From Podarcis liolepis (lineage: Eukaryota): a stretch of DNA of 64,000 nt. Position numbers and translations under genes: made by a program. Location: the NCBI GenBank assembly GCA_965112155.1, contig OZ218101.1. One strand, 5' to 3'. Positions 36,561 to 48,500 of the stretch are shown here, piece after piece. Position 1 is the first letter of the stretch. The number at the start of each line of letters is the position of its first letter. Under the pieces are notes generated by a model. The model did no database searches and was not told the DNA's origin. It saw nothing but the letters and a program-made list of their open reading frames with translations.

Positions 36561-39500
36561 CGGTACGGTATATATGTGGAATTCGTCGCAGCTCAGAACT
36601 ATGGAGATTATTCAGTAGAGTAGAAAATAGGTGCGCTTCCGATCGGGTACAGATGTCACATGTTGGCTTGAAAATGAAATATTGGGGAGAAATCTGTAAA
36701 ATGGCCGCGGGAGATATTGAGAATGGCCTCCATTTCTCCCCCCCCCCCCATTCACACACGACATACATATATGCATATGTCATGTTACATTCAAGTGCTT
36801 CATTGTAAACATACATTAAGCATGCATACGTTCTACTGAGTTATTGTGGGAAAGCCCCAAAGATATATCTTAGAGAGGTTTTTAAATGAGGTATTTTGTA
36901 CCATGGTGTGATGAAAGTAAGTGCATAGTATGAAAGAGTTACATGTTTCAATTGCAGCTCTTAATTGTAAACACGTGCAGAAGTGTGTGGGGATCTAATT
37001 CTTCACTGATCCATGCATTGTTAGAGGGAAAAGCCACATGCAGAGATAGTCTTGCATGAAAACCGGGTCATAAATGTCAGTCATCACTGGCAGTTCTATT
37101 TTTGACCAAAATAAATTTGCAGCCAACAAGTCCTGTTCCCAGAACAACACTGTCAGTCTGTACTAAATTAATTGCATGAATAATTTTGTCTGCCAACTTG
37201 GTGCTACTGCTTCCTTATTAATGTTAGAGGAGCACTGAGGGACTGCAAAGATTGCAAGGTATATTGAGTTTAAATCAGCAAAAGAAAGAGTCTGTTTAAA
37301 TCATTGGATATAAATCTATTTTCCTATTGATATCATTGATATCATTTAATATATTTCATTGACAGTGGTGCAAATCCAACCACTGTACCTTGTTAATTTA
37401 CAAACAGATATTGTTTTGTTTGTATAACCAAACTTTGCATTTCTGTATACATATTATATACTTTCCTATTTTTTTACCTAGAGAGGGAATGTTTTTAAAA
37501 TATTCCCATATAGGGGTCTGTCTTACACCAGTACTCATGACAGTTTGTGAACAGCGTGATTCTATACAAGCCTAGTGAGTAATAAGTCTGGCTGTTTGGG
37601 GGGGGGGGCTGACACTCAAGCAGCAATCCTATAACCACTTACCTCTGAGTAAGCCTCATTTAATTCAATGGGATTTACTATTGAGTTGACACATATAGGG
37701 TTGTGCTGTTGGCATGGGAATATAGCAGGGATTGGAAACCTGAGGCCCTCCAGATGTTACTGGACTACAGCTTCCATCATCCATGACCATTGGCCGTGGT
37801 GACTGAGCTTGATGTTATTTAATATTTAGAGGGTCACAGGTTTCCCATCCCTGGAGTATAGGAATATGCACACTGTCTTGCCCTTTAACTGTTGCTCATT
37901 TCTGCTTGATATTCTGTCTTGGCCCAACCCCATCCTCACAAAAACAAAGTAGCCAACAAAAATTAAATGTCTATGAAAAGAGGATGTGGAATTCCTGTAG
38001 TGGAATTTCATCTGGCCACCCTATGAAATGTTGAAGCAAGTTTTGATAGTTGCTGTGGCAAACTAGAGCAGTTTGTTTTTTTCTAATAAAAATGAAACGT
38101 CTTTGTTTGATAAATACTCAAGAATAGCTTTATAGTAGGAAGCTGCCTATATAACCCAATATGGTATATGACATCTTTTTCTTTGAGTTTCCTCCCCTCT
38201 GGAAGTTAGGCAGGTGGAGAGTGTTCTTTATAATTTTCAATGGCATATATCCCATATTTTTGTCATAAAAAACATTCAGAGTCGCTCACAACATAAAGAA
38301 AATCAGTTGGATAAATAAAAAAAGTAAAACACCAGAAGCAGCAGCTAAAATATCAGAATTTCAGGAAATGCAGGTTATAACAGAGATTTCAAAAACTAAA
38401 AGCTGTTAGAACAGAAAGTTCTTAGTCTTCCTTTGATATAACATTTTGGAGGTAACCAGTCAAATCTTTCGTACTGTTGGGAACAAATGTATTCATCAGA
38501 GCTCCAAAATAAACAGTGATATTGTAGGTAGGACACTGAACTGAAACAAACTTGTGTGATAACTTATGTAGTACTCAAGTTACCATGCTAAAAGCCAGAC
38601 ATGAACTTTGGACAATTTGACATTGATTTGGTTTATCTACATAGAAGTTTTCAAATGTGTGTTTTGCTGGACCTCCTTAAGGACTTTTTTTGAAAATGAT
38701 GTTTTACACTTGGGAATTAATCTTAAGAACACATCAATTATGAAGGATGCAGTCAAGTGTATATTTCCCTCTAATAAAAGATATACAAATATGGTTCTCA
38801 GTTACAACTTAAATAAATTTTAAAGGATAGCTTGCTATTTATATACATCCTTCATAAGTGACAATACATGCATTGGTTTTGTATGAATGTTTCTGTACCT
38901 GACTGAAAGACTATTGTAAAGAGCACTCCTATGGAAACAAGCACAGCCCTTGTCTAGAGGCCTGTGGGTAAATAGAATTAAGAAATGGTAATGTGTGGGT
39001 TAGGAAAGCAAAAGTATTCATTTGCAAAACTATGTGTTGACTTAATGATTGCCTTGACGGGGCGGGGGGGAGCCCTGTAAATTTAATTTCAAAGAAGAAC
39101 GTTTAATTTCAAAGAAGAACGTTGCTCTAGGACATGTCAATACACCCTTCCTTTACATGTAGTGAACAAAACGGCTTATTAATCTGCAGGTGTCCAATTT
39201 TGGAACTTAAGTTAAAATTATATTTACCTATTTTGTATTCTGTTGTGCTGTTTTCTATGATTTGGTTTAAGATTCTTTATGAAGAATTGTAAAGTAATAA
39301 AATTTAGTTATTAAAAGTGCCTTTTAATTATGAGCATGTAGCCTTTAAGAAGAGCATCCAACAAAGAGTTTAAAAGAATTACATTAAAAGTGTATATATA
39401 TATTGCACCTCAGGTGCTATGGGTATTGTTTTGCTATTGGACCTCTTGGAATTCATTCTTGCAACAAATTAGGACTTGTATTGGGATAGCACAGGAGCTG

Positions 39501-42500
39501 TGGGTTGGGTTCTCTCATTGTAAGGATTAGCTGTTGTGAAAAACAAACTGGGTTTGTTGATTTAGTCAAGTTAAAATGATGGATTTAATATATTTTAATG
39601 CACTATATAACACCTTTTATATAGCTGAAGGAGACGGTCACTGTTTTGCCGATTTGTAATTTCTCTCATTTATGCTTATTTTTTCACCTAAAGAAGCAGA
39701 AGAAGTTTTTAAAGTGAAGAAATCAAGTTACAGCAAGAAGATAGTAAAGCTTCTTAAGAAAGAATACAAAGAAGACCTTGAAAAATCGAAGACAAAACCA
39801 GAAACCAATTCTTTAGCAGATGGTAATCTTTATCTTGAAATTATAGCTGAAAAGGAAATGTTATGCTTAAATATTTATATGCCAACTTTCAACCAGTTGA
39901 GTGTGGTTTACAAAGTGAAAATATGCAGATATAGTAAACTACATAGTAAAAACAACTGATGGATAAAACCAGAGTAGTTAAACAATATTTTCTAATGCCT
40001 AAAATACTTTAAAAGCTAGGGAAAATAAAACAGTTATTTCTTGGCACTGAAAAGAAATCAGTGTTGGTGCTAGGCAAAGTTTCCTGGGAAGGGATTTCAA
40101 CAAAGAACTAACATTGAAAATAAATAAAAAGTACAGGGGTAGTTGATAATGGTAAGAACTAAATTTAAGTTTCAAATAATATAGGACCAATAAGCAGTGC
40201 TTTTTTCTGGGGGGACACGGGTACGCAATACCCCTAAACATTTTGTGAGGGGCCTCCTTGAGGGGCAGTATTTCAATATGAGTAGGAAAATGAGAGTACC
40301 CATAAACATTTTTTTAGAAAGAAAGCACTGCCAATCAACCAGAGTACCAAGTACCAATTAAATATGTAGATGTTCAAATAAAGTACGGTTCAGATTAATC
40401 AAAATTTCATCAGCTCTAAGGTGCAGAGTTCTTAACCCAATTTAAGGTATGTTAATAACCTAAATAACGTTTCTTATTAAGCTTCATGTTTTAGTTCAGC
40501 CTTTCCTACATGTGCTTTCCCCAACCTTTTAAGGAGCAGTTGAAATCAAATTAATATTTCATATTTGTCAATTATTTCACTGCACTTTCTAGTTCCAAAA
40601 TTCATTAGTTTTGGCCACATCTGTGGACTGCACAGGGCTATTATCTCAGGTGTATATAATATGAGTTTCTAAAAAATAGTTAAATCCCCCCCCCAAAAAA
40701 ACAATACTTCAATAGCACACTTTTTTTTGCAGCCGAACAGTCTGCTGATAAGACAGGACAGATTAAAGATGCAATTCAAGAAGATGGGGCTGCAAACAGT
40801 GAACAAGGAGAAGAGGAGATGGAAGTTGAAAGTGAGAAAGAAGAAGAAAAGCCAAAAGCTGTAGGAGCATTTTCAAGTACTTTGTCTTCTCTGAATGTTC
40901 TGCGTCCAGGTTAGTGTATTTTTTCTCAGGAGGAGGCTATCCTGAGATGAATTCTTTGCCTTTCTCATTCCATAGGCAGGGCTGTGTCAATCAGTGTACT
41001 TGGATGATGCCCCATCGCAGTTCCAGTTCCGTTATCTTCACTGCATGGGGGTCTTTTTGGAGCTGTTGCTCCTTCTTTCTACTTCAGAGACCAGGTATTT
41101 TTAGCTGGCCTTTTAAGTCGAAATTAGGAGAAAGTGAAACCAATTCATTATCTTAATTAGATCACTTTTTATTAATACCTTAACAGAATATTTAGATTTG
41201 ATTTAGTTTATGTAATTGATCGGCTTCCATCTTTGAATATCTATTTAAAAGTCATAGTCCATCTTAATCTTCTTTGACAAATTGATTTTGTATATCTGTC
41301 ATTTTTCTTGTTGACTTCTGTTTCATGAATTATTTAGAACTAATTCTGACTTAGTAAATTTGATTCTGTTGGTCTTATTTACTACTTCAGATTCTACTTA
41401 ATTGCATTTTCTTCCGATCACAGGAACGTAGCAGCCTGTGGTAGATGTGATGTGCTTTTTCTTGGAGATCTTGTTCTGTCTAAGCATGTTGAAAGCTTTA
41501 CATTTTCTCTTTCTTATTTTGTCTTTATCTGATAAAGCACTAATCTCAGCAATGTGGCTACTCATACAGTATTCAGATATTGTTTGACTTTTACATAACC
41601 ACGAAGTTGAAAGTACTGCCGCAGCAAGCCTTGCTGTATCAACTCTCTCTTCAATAAAGCCAGGTGGGATGGCTGCAGGGAAGAAATATTTGGAGGAGAA
41701 CTGGATAGCAGATTATCCCAGCCTGGTTGAGGGAGTAGGTCATGATGTCTTGCCTGTGCCTCTGTTGCAGCCAGTTGGAATTAGAATGCAGGTGGAACTG
41801 TAGCATGTGAACACATGATTGAATATAACTGATGGCTTTTAAAAAGCACATTCATTTTTTTTCTAGGAGAAATTCCAGATGCTGCTTTTATTCATGCTGC
41901 TAGGAAAAAGCGCCAAATGGCTCGTGAGCTTGGGGACTTTTTGCCACTTGACAGTGATCCAGGGAAAGGGCGCCTTGTTAGAGAAGATGAAAATGATGCC
42001 AGTGATGATGAAGATGATGATGAGAAGCGAAGAATAGTCTTTTCTGTGAAAGAGAAGTCCCAAAGGCAAAAAATTGCAGAGGAAATAGGTAAAATGATTA
42101 ATAGTTGCAATAAGTTCCAAATGCTCTGCTGTTGCTATTAAAAGTGTTTGACGTAAATTGTTTTCAAAAACTGTATTTTCAGTGGCTTAATAGTATAATG
42201 TAATAGTGAGGTTGCAGTAAACAGTTTGGCTTGGATCTAAAGCTTGAATGAAAATCCAGTTGCACAGTTAGGCTTTCCCTCTGCCTCCTTGCTGAAGCTC
42301 CCTGCAACCTCCAAAAACACTGCTGAGGCTCAGGTATTGTCTAGCATATGGCATGGGGAATGCATCAGGAGTGGAGATGGATTTGGGGAAATCATCATGC
42401 ACAAATGGAAGTGCCTTTCCAGTTATACAGTGTACTTTTGGTTATTATAGCTGCATATCGGAGTATGAATGAGGAGGAGGAGCCTGTGGTCAAACATGGT

Positions 42501-45500
42501 GCAACTAAAAATGACAAAATATCTGTTTCTGATATATGTCACTGTTGCAAGTGTTTATCCACAATTTTGTTCTGCTTCTGCATTAATCTGTGATTTTAAG
42601 AAATACAAAAAGATGTATTTTCATTCATATTTTGAAAAGTTTAAACTACTGTGAACTCTGTCGCAACTTTAAGAGAAGTGCAAAATCTGGCTGATAGGGT
42701 GAAGAGCCGGTTATTTTGTACAGGAATTTGCAAAAATCTTCTTTCCTCAAACATACTTGGGTACACCCCAGTTCACTCAACAGAATATGAGGTAGGGGCA
42801 CATGCCCCCATATTGAGATTCCCTCAGAAACAGGGCTACATGTTTGCCTTTTTCATTGAAGGCATGGAAGCTTTAGAAAACTCGAATGCAGTATTCAATA
42901 TGCCATTATTTAGTGTGTGCTATTCCTACTGATTGTTATGTGTTTGTGCTCAGGTATCGAAGGAAGTGATGACGAAGCCCTGATTGCTGGGGAACAGGAT
43001 GAAGAACTCAGTCGATGGGAGCAAGAACAGATACGTAAAGGCATTAATATACCTCAGGCATGTATTAAAGGAATTCTAAAATTGTAGTAGCAAATGATGA
43101 CCCTTTGGCTAAATAAAGCTCCTGATTTGTCATCTTACCCCCAATTGCCAGTGCTAGAGGGGAGAAAAGAGGTGTAGATACCTGTGACATAGAGATTTGA
43201 CAGCTAAGTTCTGAGGCTGACCTTGTCCTGACCCATTATTCTTCACTTCTTGAACAGGCCTACTGGTACATGACCAGGGTTTGATAAAACATGGGTTAGA
43301 TCTAATCTAACATCTAGGTTATATTACTGGAGTGTGTTATACACTGCACTGCCTCAGAAGAAGGTTTGGAGACTTCAGATGGTACAGAATTTTGCAGCCA
43401 GGTTGCTCACCTGGGCAAAATAGTTTGTCCGTATAATACCAATCCTAATCTGGATGCAAATTAGTTTCCAGGTCCAATTCAGAGTGCTAGTTTTGACCTA
43501 TAAAGCCTTAAACAGGTCAGGACCACAACTGAGAGGCGAGAGGTAAATAGAGGATCTGACAGTTGTGGCAATAGGACTGGTTGGCAGTGCACTTTAAAGA
43601 ATAGAAGAGGGGACCTCCATTCTCCTCCTCCCATCATAAAAGTGCCCCTTCAGTAAAACCAGGGATGTAAGCATAGCTGAAAGGACAAATTATCCAAGCA
43701 AATCTTCCCTGTTTAATCATTGAATGATGAATGTTTTGATGTGCTTCTTTCCTTGATAAGCACTTGTGTACACATGAAACATATACATGGGCAGGTAGAA
43801 TTTAAGATATAATTTCTAAAAATTGCCTGTTGGACTGAATTAGCTTTGTGACCTTGTTTTTGTAATAAGGTTTACACATATTTTGTTCCCATAGGTTCAA
43901 GCAAGTCAACCTGCTGAAGTGAATAACCTGTACTACCAGAATACTTACCATACAATGCCTTATGGTTCATCTTATGGCATTCCTTACACATATGCTGCTT
44001 ATGGATCATCGGAGACAAAATCTCACAAAACAGATAATACAATACCTTTCAAAACTCCCAGTAATGAGATGACTCCTGTTACTATTGATTTGGTAAAGAA
44101 ACAGCTTAAAGACAGGTAGGGCACACCAACTTCTTAAAATTTAAGACCTGTCCTCTAGGTTCAGTCTGGGGGGCAGATGCAGAATTTCATCAATGGAAGC
44201 CCATACATCCTCATTAAAAAAGGAAGAAAAGAAAACTGTTCAAAAGGCTGTTTGGATTACTTCCCTGGAAATGACCATTTGATCATGTTGAAGATTGGTA
44301 CATGAAAAGAATGGACACTGAAAACTAATTTTGTAGCCAAGGGATTGAAAGAACAGTAATACTTAGCTTACCACATTATATTTTTATGAGAAGTATAAAC
44401 CATTCTTTTCTGAATAGGTAAACATTTTAGACAAAGGCTTAACATTACATTTTTAGTAGTTTTAAATGCTGTAACATTTACTGAAAATTGGAAATAACAT
44501 GGATTAACTGAGCAGTTGCATGTGCTTCTTACTATAAGCATGTATCGTAATGGCTTGAAGGTGAGTCAGATTAATAGATAAATAATGACACCTTTAATCT
44601 AAGGTTAAGTATTTGAGTTAGCAAGTTCTTAATGTTAAGGTCAGAGAAATTGTTGTGTGCTTCCCATTTCTGTTGAGAGCAACTGGAATTCAGGATACTG
44701 AGTATGCAAAGGGAAATGTGGTTAGATAATAAATACCCTGTATATAGCATAAAGAGCCATATAAACCGGGGTGCTTTATGTACATAATATGTACATAGGA
44801 TTCAAACACAATTCAGAAATGAGGTAAAATTGACTAAAGAAACAGCCACTTTTGTGTGTGGTTGGTAGAGGGTACACCAAGGATCCCTGGGTATACTATG
44901 CATCAGCTGGAAGAAGAAATAAAAGTAGCATATGTAGTGAGTGTGCAGGGTGCTTTTGGAGTAGAGAAATATGTGATGCACTCCCTTACTAGGTGGAAAG
45001 CTTTGGGTTTATGAATGTTGGGGAGGGTTGGAAAAGCACAGATTTCGGGGCTGGGGTAGTGTGAGGATGGAGAAACTGACCTCCTTGGACCACCAGCCTG
45101 TGTATGGTCAGTGGTCAGTAGAGATGGCCAATAACACCTAGAAGGCCACAGTTTCCTCATCTCTTTAAAGCTGTCAATGCAGCTTTAAATGTTTCTTGTA
45201 GTTTTCTTTACGATAAGAAAAATAGTGCATGTATACTGTAGGTTACAGTATGCTTTGGGATGTAAACGTGTGTCCATTGACATTTAGGTTGGACTCAATG
45301 AGAGAATTTCACAAAGCAAATCAGCAGCAACATGAGAAGCATCTGCAAAGACGTGAAGAGTCTACCAAGGCAATCGAAAGATTGGAAGGGTCTTCTGGGG
45401 GTGTTGGTGAACGGTATAAATTTCTGCAAGAAATGCGAGGGTATGTCCAAGACTTGCTTGAGTGTTTCAATGAAAAGGTAAGAATGCAAAATATATTCAT

Positions 45501-48500
45501 CTTTTTCAGTAACGAAGTTTAGTATGTGCTCAGTTCTCTTGTACATGCCAATGAAACACTCGGCACATGTTTGAAGGTTTGGTTTTAAATGTGGTGAAAA
45601 CAATGTAAGTCATTGTTGGAATACAACAGTGTTGGCATTCAGGTTGTGATGCCACCTTTCTCATTCTTAGAAGCATTTTATTTCTGAAAACCATTGTAGT
45701 TCTCAATGATGACTCAGATTCTGGTTGTTTAATTTGCATTTCCCGGTTCCCAGCATAAAAACCCAGCAACACTTGAGACCTACATAAGGATTCTACAGAC
45801 CAGTTTCTTTGCAGCCAGGATTGGTTAAGGAAGGACACTTAAAGCCCAGGTTTCCCCATGGCATATTGGAAACCCAGGCCAGTTTCATAGGAAGAATATA
45901 CTGTTTTTAAAGCAAGGTTTGAAAAAAGCAGTTTATCTTGCTGATAAGTGTCAAGTGCCAGGTACCCTTTTATTAAAAAGTGTTGTACTTTTAAATTGGA
46001 TTTCAGGCAGTTCTTTACTAATCTGTACTGCAACTTGCCTTTCCTAGAACTGGAAGGACGTGTTTAAAAAATACATTTTAAAAAATTGTTGGGATTGAGC
46101 TTCAATCCTGTGCACATTCAACCTGGAGTAAGCCTCCTGGAATTCCATAGGACTGATTAACTTGGCATCAGTGTGCACCAAGTTCAGGATGAATTTCCTG
46201 TTTCTGCTGTTTCATTTTTAAAAAACTAAACATAAATGAATTAGAATTCTTTTAAACTTTCCTGTGGAGATAATTTGCTATTGGTTATGTCATATTGTAA
46301 GCTATCTGGTAAGGGAGATTAGACCACTTGTGCACTATAACGTGCCATGCACATTGGTGGCACCATATAAAAAAATAAGTTCAATATCTGTGTTAATCTA
46401 TAAATAATAAACCTCCTGTTGCAAATAATTTGGAAACTCAGTAATCTGAAGGTGCAGTACCAGAAGAAAATCCAAGGCTTGGAAAATATTGTGCAGTTAC
46501 AACATAAGCAAGTTCATTATAATCAGAAAAACAGATGGCCATCCAACCTCTGCTTAAAAACCTCCAACAAGGGAGAGTCCACCACCTTGAAAGGGAGTTG
46601 GTTCCATAGTCAAACAGCTCTTACTTTTATTAAGATATTGATGTTCAGTCATAATCTGCTGTCTTGTAATTTGAATAGGGTCCTAGCCCCCAGAGCAGGA
46701 GAAAACAATCCATTTAAATAAACAAGTATCAAAGTCTCAGAATGTTTTGTTCTGTTTTTAGATTTTGGTAGAAATGTAAGCTGCAACGGTTTTGGAGTTG
46801 TTGGTGGAAGTGTAAACCTCAGATAACTTATTTTACTGCTTATTAGAAGTTTTATTTCCATTTTCATTCTGTATTCCTGTAACAGATTGGTCCCACTAAT
46901 TGAGCCAATAAACCTTCAGTTAAATCATGAAGCACTAGATTTGGACACCAAGAAGGGAGGCGAATCGAATATTTGATATGCAGTATACAACAATCAGACA
47001 GTCTTTCCCTTGCCCTTGCATTTCCCTGTATCTCCCTGGAAAGTTTTTTTTAATGTAGTTAGTTGCTTTGGCTTGGATCTAAAGGTATAGTTGTGCAAAT
47101 CAAAGGCTCATGCCCCAGGTCAGCCCCTGGTTTTTCAGGATTTCTTTCCTCCCTACTTCAACACTCAGCATCATAAGCCATACCGTCCCAGATGTTCCCC
47201 CAGTCTTATAAGGAGACTTTCATGGGATGTAGAAGGGAATGGAAGGTTGGAATATCCTTTCCTGTGAATAGAAAGTAGGATTCAATCGTGTATTTTTGAA
47301 GAAAAGTTAACAGTAATACAGTGGTACCTCGGGTTACATACGCTTCAGGTTACATATGCTTCAGGTTACAGACTCTGCTAACCCAGAAATATGCTTCGGG
47401 TTAAGAACTTTGCTTCAGGATGAGAACAGAAATCGTGGCGCAGCGGCAGCAGGAGGCCCCATTAGCTAAAGTGGTGCTTCAGGTTAAGAACAGTTTCAGG
47501 TTAAGAACGGACCTCCGGAATGAATTAAGTACTTAACTGGAGGTACCACTGTATTGGTATAGAAAACTAGTAGTTCTATTCAAGTGCAGATGTATAACAG
47601 TTAAAATATAAATTAAGCTTGCAATGGTAAACTTGGGCACTAGGTAGTAAATCTCATTGAATACAATGGGACTTATGTCTGAGTAAACTTGCTTGGGATT
47701 CTGCTGCACAATGTAGCAAAATAGATTTCAAAGAAAGCATCAATAGGTCTTGATCAGGTTACTCCATTTCCCCACTATGGTGATCTGAATCCAGATTTCT
47801 GCTAGTAAAATTATGAGTATAGACTGTATGATTATGCGTTTGGAATGACTCTTCTGTATGGATGAAAAAACTTTTCTCTAAAACTTAGATTCTATCCACT
47901 AAATAGGAAGGCAGACAAGGAAAGACTAGTGAAGCAGAAAATTGTGTTGCAGTAACCTAGTTTTCAGATCTCAGTAGGGTGGGTATGAAACTCGTTAAAC
48001 GTAGTTGAAAATTGCACTATGGACTTGTTGTAGCTAGCAGTATATAATGGATTGTGTTGAGCATGTGAGGCAGAGCAAGATAGCTTTGCCCTGCTTGTTC
48101 ACATAGGATGCTCCTGCTTGTGAAACAACAGCAGGAAATACAGCTGTCTTCTTTGGCTATGCCCTTTTCTCATGTTTGCTTCTGCCTCTTTCCTTCTTCC
48201 CCTGAGGTTGGCAAAGTTGAATTGAATATTTTGGCAAAGAATGTAAAAGCTTGAATAGATTTGAATTTTTGAGGAGGATTCTGCTTTACTCATGGAGAAA
48301 TAGTGATGTTGATGGCAGGATTCATTGTGTCGATGTGGTAGTGCTTGCAGCCACTCAGCCTCAGTTGCTGGTGGAAAAATGTCAAGAGTAGAATAACTAA
48401 AATAGGTTAAAAACAACCAACCTTGTGTCTAGCGTGAACGCTCATGTTTGTAACTGCTTTTGGACTTTTGTGAATGTAAGTAAATCTTTCCAGTTCCTTA

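Noticed and set aside
35315-36618. Multiple overlapping ORFs on both strands in the PAXBP1 CpG island
   Set aside because: Expected from stop-codon scarcity at high GC; only the 35811 frame matches a known protein
39082-39121. 20-bp tandem duplication (similar short ones near 10333 and 19941)
   Set aside because: Ordinary slippage; two units only, no spacer structure, not CRISPR-like
43090-43230. C/D box snoRNA candidate (ATGATGA ... CTGA) in intron 5
   Set aside because: No convincing terminal stem or recognisable guide; such boxes occur by chance
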